A stretch of 38,146 nucleotides of DNA from Verrucomicrobiota bacterium (GTDB taxonomy: Bacteria; Verrucomicrobiota; Verrucomicrobiia; Limisphaerales; Palsa-1400), in the NCBI GenBank assembly GCA_049510745.1, contig JBEKYR010000047.1, forward strand, positions 1-38,146. Reading direction: 5' to 3'. Under the pieces are notes generated by a model. That model searched no databases. It worked only from the letters and a program-made list of their open reading frames with translations, and was not told where the DNA came from. Each line of letters opens with the position of its first letter. The stretch's first letter is position 1. Of the stretch, positions 28,383-36,761 are shown piece by piece. The position numbers and the translations under genes are program-made.

Positions 28383-29298
28383 CTCCCATACCGCTGGGGA
28401 GCCGACCCGGATCATTGTGAGTGGAGGGCCGCGCTTGCAAGGCGGCAGCGCCGCCGAGAAACTTGAGTTCTTTCGCCAGCACCACGACTTGTTTCGTTCC
28501 GCCGTGGTCAACGAACCGCGCGGTTCGGACGTCCTGGTCGGAGGCATCCTGGTCGAACCCGCCAGCAAATCGTGCGTGGCGGGCATCATCTTCTTTAACA
28601 ACGTGGGCTATTTGGGCATGTGCGGCCACGGCTCCATTGGTTTGATCGCCACTCTCGCCCATCTGGGCCGCCTCAAGCCGGGCGAACACAAAATCGAGAC
28701 GCCTGTGGGCATCGTCACCGCCACCCTGCACGGCGACGGCACTGTTTCGGTCACCAATGTTCCAAGCTATCGCAAGGCCAAGGACGTCCGAGTCCAAGCC
28801 CCCGACATCGGAGTGATCACCGGCGACGTCGCCTGGGGCGGCAATTGGTTCTATCTGGTGGAGAATCACGGTAAAACCCTGCAAATGTCGGACGTTGAAA
28901 TGTTGACTGATTTTAGCTGGCGCGTCCGCCAGGCGATCAACGCGCAGGGCTTTCCAGAGGTGGACCACGTTGAGCTCTTCGGCCCGCCCTCGGGCCCCGC
29001 GGCCAATAGCCGCAACTTCGTCCTGTGCCCGGGCAAGGCCTATGATCGTTCCCCCTGCGGCACGGGGACCAGCGCCAAGCTGGCCTGCCTGGCGGCCGAC
29101 GGCAAACTGGCCGAAGGCGAGCAGTGGATCCAGGAGAGCGTTATTGGCAGCCGCTTCACCGCCTCCTTCCGGCGCGAGGGCGACCACATCATTCCGACCA
29201 TTACTGGCGCCGCTTATGTCAACGCCGAAACGACCTTGCTCTTGAACGAAAGAGACCCCCTTTGCTGGGGTCTCCGCCAAAACGGCCACGCCGGCTGA
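28360..29298 (+). CDS. lhpA: 4-hydroxyproline 2-epimerase (proline racemase family)
   Basis: IDSHTAGEPTR, EPRGSDVLVG, GYLGMCGH, AWGGNWF, NFVLCPGKAYDRSPCGTGT; both catalytic Cys present; Pseudomonas HypE-type signature. Confidence 0.93.
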   Translation: MNRIHVIDSHTAGEPTRIIVSGGPRLQGGSAAEKLEFFRQHHDLFRSAVVNEPRGSDVLVGGILVEPASKSCVAGIIFFNNVGYLGMCGHGSIGLIATLAHLGRLKPGEHKIETPVGIVTATLHGDGTVSVTNVPSYRKAKDVRVQAPDIGVITGDVAWGGNWFYLVENHGKTLQMSDVEMLTDFSWRVRQAINAQGFPEVDHVELFGPPSGPAANSRNFVLCPGKAYDRSPCGTGTSAKLACLAADGKLAEGEQWIQESVIGSRFTASFRREGDHIIPTITGAAYVNAETTLLLNERDPLCWGLRQNGHAG

Positions 29299-29323
29299 AA
29301 CGCGAGGAATTTTCCGCCCCACG

Positions 29324-31816
29324 ATGGCTCACGGAACAACCGCCCTGATTCTTTGCTGCGCGCTGCTGCTGCCGGACGCAACGCCCGCCCGCGCGCAAAA
29401 CTCGCCACCCTGGCCTTGCCCCATCCCGTGCCGCGTCCAGGACGGCCCCAACAAGGACCTTTGGATCATGACCCTCGGCCAGCCCCAAACCGCTCTGGCC
29501 GACGGCGTCTTTGACCCGGCTTCCGACCAGGTCACGTTGCGGGACGGCAGCATCAAAACTAATTACTTCCGCGACACCCTCAAAGTCCCCTTCTATCGGC
29601 CGTTGGACAAATCGCGCTTCCCGTTGCCGCCCTCCGGCTGGTGTACCTGGTACTATTACTACAACCGCATCCAGGCTGACGAAGTCAAACGCAACACCGA
29701 CTGGCTTGCGGCCCATCTCAAAGACTTCGGCGCGCAATACGTGCAAATCGACGACGGCTGGCAGGGACTCGGCGGCCGCGAGGGCGGACGCGACTGGTCC
29801 CAGGTCAACCCGGACCGCTTCCCGAAAGGCATGGCCGAGTTGGCCGCCTACATCAAGGCGGCGGGCCTCAAACCCGGTCTCTGGCTGGCCCCGCACGGCC
29901 AGAGCAACCCAAAAGTCGTGCAAGACAACCCGGACACATTCCTGCTCCAGACCAACGGCCAAAGCGCCTCTGATACCTGGGAAGGCCGATTTCTGCTCGA
30001 CCCGACGACGCCCCAGGCTCACCGCTATGTTCGCGACCTCTTCCAACGCCTCGTGGGCTGGGGATACGATTATTTCAAGATCGACGGGCAACCGATCGTC
30101 GTGGACGAGTATCGAGCCAGGAAACAGTTCATGCAGACTCCCTCGGACGACGCCCCCGCCCTCTACCGCGGCACCCTGGCAGACATCCGCTCCGTCATCG
30201 GTCCCGACCGCTATCTGCTGGGCTGCTGGGGCATCCCGCTGGAAGGCGCCGGCTTCATGAACGGGTCCCGCACCGGCGGCGACATCGTGCTGGGTTGGGG
30301 CGGCTTCAACGTCGCTTTGCGGGCGACCCTGGACTATTATTTCCTGCACAACATTGTCTGGTACTGCGATCCCGATGTCCTGGTGGTGCGCTCGCCGCTG
30401 ACGCTGGACCAGGCCCGTGTTTGGGCCACGTTGCAGGGATTGACCGGCCAGGCGCTCATGGCCAGCGACCGTCTGATGGACCTTTCCCCCGAGCGGGTGG
30501 AATTGCTCAAACGAGTCTATCCCGCCACCGACATTCGTCCCATGGACTTGTTCCCCGTTGAGCGAAACAAGCGCATTTGGGACCTGAAAATCAGCCATCT
30601 CGGGCGCAACTATGACGTCGTGGGCGTCTTCAATTTCGACCAGCGCCGGGCCGAGCGGACGTTTCTTTCCTGGGCGGAATTGGGGTTGCCCGCCCGGCAG
30701 CCCGTCCATGTATTTGACTTCTGGAACGCCGAGTATCTCGGCGCCTGGCGCGGCGGCCTTTCGGCGCCGGTGGCGCCGACAAGCTGCCGTGTCCTCACCC
30801 TTCTGCCCTGCGAAGACCGCATTCAATTGGTCTCGACCAGCCGGCATATCACGCAGGGCTGGGTTGATTTGCTTGACACGAGCGCCAATCCCTCCGGGAC
30901 GGAGCAAAGGGGAACCAGCAGGGTGGCCAAGGATGATCCCTACGAAATTCGCTTCGCCTTCCCGCCCGGAACCAACTTCGCCGTCAAAACGGCGGCCGCC
31001 CGCGGTCCCTCGGGCAAACTTCCCGTGCGGATTTCCAACCACCAGCAATGGGCCGCCATCGCCTTTGTCTCCCCGAAGTCCGCCGCGGTCAAATGGAAGG
31101 TGAAATTTGAAGCCGCGCCCTATTATCATTTTCCCCCCTCGCCGCCGGAGGGCCTTTGGGTCGAGCGGGCCGGATTGGACGGCGTCAACCTCCATTGGCG
31201 CGAGCAATACTATCTTAACGGCGGTTACGACGTGGCGTTGAACGGCGAAGTGGTTGGACACGCCTCCGAAGCCCAGTTCCCCTTGCGCGGCTTGAACGCC
31301 ACCAACTCCTACACCGCGCAGGTCAGGACCGTCTGGGAAGACGGCAAGTCCAGTCCCCGCGCCGCGGAAGTCAAATTTGTTCTCGCCTCTCTGCTCCCGG
31401 ACGAATTAGAATTGACTGAATTGGAGCCGCAACGATCCAACGGCCGCTGGCGCGGTCTTGAAGCGGACGATACCCTGTCCGGCGCTCCCCTTTTCATCCA
31501 TGGCCGCCACTATCGGGGCCTGTCTTCCTTCGCCAATTCCGAAACCGAATACGACATAAAAGGGATGTTCGGCGCTTTTTCCGCCGCGGTGGGCGTGGAC
31601 GGAGATGCGGGCGGCGAGGCCGCGCTGGAGTTCAGCGTTCTGGGTGACGGCCGGGAGCTTTGGCACAACAGTCAAGTCAAATCCGGACAAGACCCCGTTC
31701 CGGTCCGCATCGACGTCACCGGGGTGCGCGTCCTGACGCTGCAAGTCAAAGGCCCGGGCCGCCGCTCGCGCCTTCAGGCCGATTGGGTCGAGCCAAAACT
31801 GGAAGGCCGGCGATGA
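29324..31816 (+). CDS. Secreted clan GH-D (GH27/GH36-type) alpha-galactosidase-like enzyme with FN3-like and NPCBM domains
   Basis: Signal peptide; GWCTWYYY, YVQIDDGWQ, RFPKGM, GLKPGLW, GYDYFKIDG, SRTGGD, DPD; C-terminal NPCBM-like F.A.VGVD...GDGRELW...DVTGV..L.L...ADW. Confidence 0.85.
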   Translation: MAHGTTALILCCALLLPDATPARAQNSPPWPCPIPCRVQDGPNKDLWIMTLGQPQTALADGVFDPASDQVTLRDGSIKTNYFRDTLKVPFYRPLDKSRFPLPPSGWCTWYYYYNRIQADEVKRNTDWLAAHLKDFGAQYVQIDDGWQGLGGREGGRDWSQVNPDRFPKGMAELAAYIKAAGLKPGLWLAPHGQSNPKVVQDNPDTFLLQTNGQSASDTWEGRFLLDPTTPQAHRYVRDLFQRLVGWGYDYFKIDGQPIVVDEYRARKQFMQTPSDDAPALYRGTLADIRSVIGPDRYLLGCWGIPLEGAGFMNGSRTGGDIVLGWGGFNVALRATLDYYFLHNIVWYCDPDVLVVRSPLTLDQARVWATLQGLTGQALMASDRLMDLSPERVELLKRVYPATDIRPMDLFPVERNKRIWDLKISHLGRNYDVVGVFNFDQRRAERTFLSWAELGLPARQPVHVFDFWNAEYLGAWRGGLSAPVAPTSCRVLTLLPCEDRIQLVSTSRHITQGWVDLLDTSANPSGTEQRGTSRVAKDDPYEIRFAFPPGTNFAVKTAAARGPSGKLPVRISNHQQWAAIAFVSPKSAAVKWKVKFEAAPYYHFPPSPPEGLWVERAGLDGVNLHWREQYYLNGGYDVALNGEVVGHASEAQFPLRGLNATNSYTAQVRTVWEDGKSSPRAAEVKFVLASLLPDELELTELEPQRSNGRWRGLEADDTLSGAPLFIHGRHYRGLSSFANSETEYDIKGMFGAFSAAVGVDGDAGGEAALEFSVLGDGRELWHNSQVKSGQDPVPVRIDVTGVRVLTLQVKGPGRRSRLQADWVEPKLEGRR

Positions 31817-33216
31817 AGGACGGCGCCGTGCCAACGCCGCCTGCGGCGCCCGCGGTTTCCGCCGCCGGCCGATTCCCCGCCCAAATCAAATACATCATCG
31901 GCAACGAAGCTTGCGAGCGGTTCAGCTATTACGGCGTGCTCGGCATCCTGGAACTCTACCTCAAGGACCGCATGAAGATGGGGGACGCCGGCGCGACCGA
32001 GGTGGTGCATTTCTTCGGCACGGCGGTCTATTTTCTGCCTCTCTTCGGCGGATGGCTCGCCGACCGTTATCTGGGTCGTTACCGGACGATTCTGAGCATC
32101 TCCATCTTCTATTGTCTGGGCCACGGTTGCATGGCGGCCTTCGGCGAGACGCGCGCCGGGTTGTTCTGCGGCCTGGCCCTGCTGGCGATCGGCGCCGGCG
32201 GCATCAAACCTTGCGTCTCAGCGTTTGTCGGCGACCAATTTGCTCCGCAACAGGACCGCGCGCTGACCAAGGTCTATGCCTGGTTCTATTGGGCGATCAA
32301 CCTCGGCGCCGCTTTCGCTTTCTTTGCCATTCCCCTTGTGCGGCGCCAGGCGGGGTACAGGTGGGCCTTTGGCGTGCCCGGAATCTTCATGGCGCTTGCC
32401 ACCGTCATTTTTTGGCTCGGCAGAAAGCAGTACACCCGGCAACCGCCCTGCCGCACCGCTGAATCGGTGGGTCTGTTGCGCATTTTCGGCTACGGGTTGG
32501 CGCGCCTGGGCGTTTTCAAAATCAGCCTGACGCCCTCGCAGGAAGACGACGCCAGAGCCGTCTGGAGAATTCTCATGATCTTTGCCACCGTGCCGATGTT
32601 TTGGGCGCTGTTCAATCAGGTCAACTCCACCTGGGTCTTGCAGGGCAACGCCATGATCCCGGCCTGGAGATGGAACCAGCAATGCCTGCTCAACGGGGAA
32701 TCCATGCAGGCTGCCGGCGCGGTTCTGGTCATGATTTGGGTGCCGGTGCTGACCCTGGCCGTTTATCCGGCGTTGGAGAAGATGGGAATCCAACCCACCG
32801 CGCTCCGCCGCATGTCCGCCGGCATGATTTTGGGCGCGGTCGCCTTCGTCGGTTCCGGCCTCTTGCAGGCGCAATTGGACCGCGGCGTCCAACTAAGCAT
32901 CGCCTGGCAGTTGCTTCCTTATACCGTGCTCGAGGCGGGCGAAGTCATGCTCTCGGCCACGGCGCTGGAATTCGCCTTTGCCCAGGCGCCTCCCGCCCTG
33001 AAAAGCATCATCACCAGCTTTTGGCTCATGACGATCGCGGGCGGCCATTTCTTGGTGGCGGCCTTTACCAGCCTGAACGAAGATCTTATTCACGCGCGCG
33101 GCGCGGCCCAATTCTACCTGTTTGCCGCGCTCATGTTCGTCGTGGCCGGCGTGTTTTTGGGATGCGCCGCGGCCTATCGCCCGGTTGCATCCAAAACGCA
33201 GGGTGTCTATCCTTGA
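31813..33216 (+). CDS. Proton-dependent oligopeptide (POT/PTR) transporter
   Basis: NEACERFSYYG (ExxERFxYY), GGWLADRYLG, GGIKPCVSAFVGDQF, FYWAINLG; ATGA overlap with the upstream stop. Confidence 0.93.
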   Translation: MKDGAVPTPPAAPAVSAAGRFPAQIKYIIGNEACERFSYYGVLGILELYLKDRMKMGDAGATEVVHFFGTAVYFLPLFGGWLADRYLGRYRTILSISIFYCLGHGCMAAFGETRAGLFCGLALLAIGAGGIKPCVSAFVGDQFAPQQDRALTKVYAWFYWAINLGAAFAFFAIPLVRRQAGYRWAFGVPGIFMALATVIFWLGRKQYTRQPPCRTAESVGLLRIFGYGLARLGVFKISLTPSQEDDARAVWRILMIFATVPMFWALFNQVNSTWVLQGNAMIPAWRWNQQCLLNGESMQAAGAVLVMIWVPVLTLAVYPALEKMGIQPTALRRMSAGMILGAVAFVGSGLLQAQLDRGVQLSIAWQLLPYTVLEAGEVMLSATALEFAFAQAPPALKSIITSFWLMTIAGGHFLVAAFTSLNEDLIHARGAAQFYLFAALMFVVAGVFLGCAAAYRPVASKTQGVYP

Positions 33217-33311
33217 TTTTGATGAAAGCTAACAGTGCAGCGGCGCGCTTCGGCCCCATGACCCGGCTGACAACCGGGCCGGCCGCGCACATAACAGAGA
33301 AATGACCGCCC

Positions 33312-34607
33312 ATGAAATATCGTCCCATCGACCCTCAATTCTTCGCCGCCAACCGTGAGAACTTGAAGCGGCTGCTGCTGCCCAACTCGCTCGCCGTTGT
33401 CAACTCGAACGATATCCTGCCCACCAACGCCGACGGCTCGCTCCCCTTGCGGGCCAATTCGGATCTGTTTTACCTCGCCGGCCTCGAGCAGGAGGAATCC
33501 ATTCTTCTTCTTTACCCCGATTCGCACGACGAAAAGTTCCGCGAGATCCTCTTTCTGCGCGAGCCAAACGCCCTGGCGGAAACCTGGGAGGGCCACAAGC
33601 TCTCCAAGGACGAGGCCCGGAAAATATCCGGCGTCCAGCGGATCGAATGGCTCCCGGAATTCCGCCCCGTCTTTCACCGGCTGATGTGCGAAGCCGAGCA
33701 CGTTTATCTCAACAGCAACGAGCACAAGCGCGCCCACATCGTCGTCGAGACGCGCGACGCCCGCTTTGTCCGCGAAACCCGCCGCCAATATCCGCTGCAC
33801 GATTACCAGCGCCTGGCCCGGCTGATGCACCAGTTGCGCGCCGTCAAATCGCCTTTGGAAATCGATTTGCTCCGCCAGGCCTGCGCCCTCACCGAGGCCG
33901 GTTTTCGCCGCGTCTGCCGCTGGCTTCGGCCCGGCGTCAACGAAATGGAAGTCGAGGCCGAATTCGCCCACGAATTCATTCGGCGGGGCGGCCATTTCGC
34001 CTACAACCCGATCATCGCCTGCGGCGCCGGCGCCTGCGTCCTGCATTACACGCAAAACGATCAGCCCTGCCGCGACGGCCAACTGCTCCTGCTGGATGTC
34101 GCCGCCGGCTACGCCAATTACAACGCCGATCTGACCCGCACCATTCCTGTCAACGGCCGGTTCACCCGCCGCCAAAAGCGGGTCTATCAGGCTGTCCTTC
34201 GCGCCTTGCGCGCCCTCAGCGCCGCCGCCACGCCGGGCAAATTGCCCAAGGACTGGCAGAAGGAAGCCGAAGCGTTTTTGGAAAAGGAACTGGTCGATCT
34301 GGGCCTGCTGAAAATGTCCCGGATCAGGCGCCAGGACCCGGACAATCCAGCCGTCAAGAAGTATTTCATGCACGGCATCGGCCATCCCCTTGGCCTGGAC
34401 GTCCACGACCTCACCCACACCGTCCAACCCATCCAGCCGGGCTGGGTCCTGACCGTCGAGCCGGGCATCTACATTCCCGCCGAAAAACTCGCTGTCCGCC
34501 TCGAAAACGACATCGTCGTGCGCGAAGGCGGCAACATCGACCTGATGGCCAACGTCCCCGTCGAACCGGACGAAATCGAAGACTTGATGCGCCGCGGGAA
34601 ACGCTGA
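33312..34607 (+). CDS. pepP: Xaa-Pro aminopeptidase (aminopeptidase P, M24B)
   Basis: NSDLFYLAG, WEG, LRAVKS..EI, CVLHY, LLLD...YNADLTRT, HGIGHPLGLDVHD, TVEPGIY, VRLEND; no signal peptide. Confidence 0.92.
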   Translation: MKYRPIDPQFFAANRENLKRLLLPNSLAVVNSNDILPTNADGSLPLRANSDLFYLAGLEQEESILLLYPDSHDEKFREILFLREPNALAETWEGHKLSKDEARKISGVQRIEWLPEFRPVFHRLMCEAEHVYLNSNEHKRAHIVVETRDARFVRETRRQYPLHDYQRLARLMHQLRAVKSPLEIDLLRQACALTEAGFRRVCRWLRPGVNEMEVEAEFAHEFIRRGGHFAYNPIIACGAGACVLHYTQNDQPCRDGQLLLLDVAAGYANYNADLTRTIPVNGRFTRRQKRVYQAVLRALRALSAAATPGKLPKDWQKEAEAFLEKELVDLGLLKMSRIRRQDPDNPAVKKYFMHGIGHPLGLDVHDLTHTVQPIQPGWVLTVEPGIYIPAEKLAVRLENDIVVREGGNIDLMANVPVEPDEIEDLMRRGKR

Positions 34608-34648
34608 GGAGGTTTCATCCGCCTGATCCGGCACCCAGATTTGCGCCC

Positions 34649-35629
34649 TCACGCCCGGTCAGCCAGCGGCGCTCCCGCCATTTTCTCCAGCACGTTGATC
34701 GGCGCCTTCTCCGGCGTCACCAGCGCCGGCAGCGGGATGATGAATGTCTGCTCCAGCGCGTATCGGCCCGACAAGACCGCGTGCGGCACCGCGTCGGTGT
34801 AACAAACCCAAGTCGAGCCGGGCGGGAATTCGAGCCGGATTTTCCGGCAGCTTTTCTGAAACTCGCTCTCTTCCTTGAGGTAATCGTGAAAACGCAGCAT
34901 AAAACGGTCGTAAGCCGAAGGGTCCACCGCCTTCAGCCCGAAAGCGCTCTTGATGCGGCGCACCAGCGGGTTCGTGCGCGGACTGCCTTTGGCCGCAAAC
35001 CCGGCCAGCCCCGCTTTTTCCGCGTAGAGCGAGGCCAGGACCGAAAAGCCGTCGGTCGTGTTCCAGACCCGCGCGGCGGAGGGGTTGATATTGGTGAAGC
35101 ACCGCAGGATGCGGTGCCCGTTCATGGGCCGGGTGGGAAAGGCATCGAGGTGCAGCAGATCGTTGCGTTTGTGGACGGGCAATTTGCGGCCTTGTTCCTC
35201 CTCCGGGCGGAAGCTGGCGTAATCGAGCGCCCAATGCTCCGCGTAAGGCTCCAGCAACCGGCCCAAAAAGCGCGTCACCTCGTTCGAGAACCGCTCCATG
35301 ATTTCCAGCAACCGCCCGTTCTCCTCCGGGCTGCCAGAAGCGCCGTGCAGCACATTCTCAAGCGGGCGATAGGAGATGTTTTTGTGCAGGCGCGAACCGC
35401 TTTGGCGCTGGGACAAAAGAAACTCGCGGTCCTCCTTGAAAAAAACGAACGGCATGCGGTCGAAGAACAAAATCCGCCCCTCTTCCAGTTGCTCGCAGCA
35501 TTGGCGCGCCCGCGCGCTGGCTGTGGCGGGAGAGTCCCAGCCCGAATGGAATTCGTAGTCATCGACGTGGACCAAAACGTCCGGCTCGCCGGGCGTGGTT
35601 CCAGCGGAATCGTGATTGCTGGTGGTCAT
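34649..35629 (-). CDS. kdoO: Kdo hydroxylase-family protein (Kdo 3-hydroxylase)
   Basis: LEEG.ILFF, KNISY, ASFRP, DLLHLDAFPTRP..G.RILR.FTNINP, YD.FML.FHD.LK, TDAVPHAVLSG.Y.LEQT; downstream of a GT9 LPS gene; ATG 35629. Confidence 0.85.
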   Translation of the reverse strand: MTTSNHDSAGTTPGEPDVLVHVDDYEFHSGWDSPATASARARQCCEQLEEGRILFFDRMPFVFFKEDREFLLSQRQSGSRLHKNISYRPLENVLHGASGSPEENGRLLEIMERFSNEVTRFLGRLLEPYAEHWALDYASFRPEEEQGRKLPVHKRNDLLHLDAFPTRPMNGHRILRCFTNINPSAARVWNTTDGFSVLASLYAEKAGLAGFAAKGSPRTNPLVRRIKSAFGLKAVDPSAYDRFMLRFHDYLKEESEFQKSCRKIRLEFPPGSTWVCYTDAVPHAVLSGRYALEQTFIIPLPALVTPEKAPINVLEKMAGAPLADRA

Positions 35630-35682
35630 GGATTCGTTGGCCAATCGGTCGCGGGGCAGCTTGTCGCGCCAGCCGGCGCAAG

Positions 35683-36732
35683 TCAAGTCTTCACCGGCAG
35701 CCCGGCCAGCTCCTGGCGCGCCGTTTCCAGGACGGCGCCGGGAGTGATCCCGTGCAGGCAGGCCAGCGGCTCGGAATAGGCGCAGCGGCTCTTGAGGCAC
35801 GGGACGCACGGCAGGCGCGTCATCTGAATCACGTTGCCCAGTTGCCCATACGGGCCGGTGTTCCACGGATTGGTCGGCCCAAAGAGCGCTATCACCGGCC
35901 GCTTCATCGCCGCCGCGACATGCATCGGCCCGGTGTCATTGCTGATGGTCAACCGGCTCAGGCGAATCCACTCGATCATCTCGTCCAGCGTGGTCGAGCC
36001 GGCCAGGTTCAACGCGCGCCCGGGCGCGGCGCCGGCAATGACTTCTCCCAGAGGCCGTTCGTCCTTGCTTCCCAGCACCACGAAGCGGAGGTCCGGCATT
36101 TCCTGAAGCTCTTTGACAAGGGCGGCGAAATACTGCGCCGGCCAGCGTTTGTTGCTCCAGCGTCCCCCGGGCAGCAGGACGATCCACCGCGTCGCATCCT
36201 CCTCCGGCGCCCATTTCTCGCGCAGGCTCCGCACGGCTTCGGGCCGGCCGGGCATCCATTCAAAATCCCAATGCACCGGCACGCCCAGCAATGGCAGCAC
36301 CGCCAGATAGCGATCAACGGCGTGCGTGTGCGGCGCGGCGCGGGGAGGTGTCCGATCATACAGCGCCCGGGCTCCTTCGCGCGAGCCTTCGCGCCGGTTG
36401 TCCAGGCCGATGGTCAGCCCGGCGTTGGCCAGCCAGGCGAACATGCCGCTGCGCGCCAGGCCCTGGAGGTCGATGGCCAGGTCGAACCGTTCCCGGCGCA
36501 TGGCGCACAGGCTGGAGGCGATCTCCGGCCAGCGATGCGGCGCAGCCCAGCGTTTGCGTTGAAACCGGAACAGGCCGGCCAGATCGGGGTCTTTCTCCAA
36601 TAGCGGCGTCAGGTTCACGTCCAGCCACCAGTGGATGAGGCTCTCCGGCCAGTGGCGCTTGAGCAGCCGCAACACCGGCAACGCGTGAATCACGTCACCC
36701 AGCGAACTTGGCTTGAGGATGAGGATTTTCAA
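35683..36732 (-). CDS. GT9 lipopolysaccharide heptosyltransferase
   Basis: KILILKPSSLGDVIH, DLQGLARS, KRWP, ISNDTGPMHVAAA, ALFGPT; TTG start. Confidence 0.92.
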   Translation of the reverse strand: MKILILKPSSLGDVIHALPVLRLLKRHWPESLIHWWLDVNLTPLLEKDPDLAGLFRFQRKRWAAPHRWPEIASSLCAMRRERFDLAIDLQGLARSGMFAWLANAGLTIGLDNRREGSREGARALYDRTPPRAAPHTHAVDRYLAVLPLLGVPVHWDFEWMPGRPEAVRSLREKWAPEEDATRWIVLLPGGRWSNKRWPAQYFAALVKELQEMPDLRFVVLGSKDERPLGEVIAGAAPGRALNLAGSTTLDEMIEWIRLSRLTISNDTGPMHVAAAMKRPVIALFGPTNPWNTGPYGQLGNVIQMTRLPCVPCLKSRCAYSEPLACLHGITPGAVLETARQELAGLPVKT

Positions 36733-36761
36733 TAATTGGGCTGGCGGATCAGGCCCGCAAA

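Noticed and set aside
28360..29298. Proline racemase
   Set aside because: EPRGSDVLVG and NFVLCPGKAYDRSPCGTG match the hydroxyproline 2-epimerase subgroup, and the context is Hyp catabolism
29219..31261. 680-aa minus-strand ORF (likewise 8122..9891, 18464..19942, 3422..4837, 33207..34652)
   Set aside because: Antisense shadows of well-supported genes, caused by GC3 bias
33217..33311. GC-rich stem-loops between the POT gene and pepP as a riboswitch
   Set aside because: Pairing (cccgg/ccggg, gcggc/gccgc) is short, expected at this GC content, and matches no family I recognise
4957..34607. Collagen utilisation locus
   Set aside because: Collagen would explain the Hyp and peptidase genes but not two beta-L-arabinofuranosidase families; collagen peptides could still be a side substrate
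4823..34648. Mobile genomic island carrying the locus
   Set aside because: No integrase, transposase, tRNA target or flanking direct repeats seen
33647..35779. 710-aa plus-strand ORF spanning pepP and kdoO
   Set aside because: Arg/Pro-rich off-frame translation overlapping two well-supported genes
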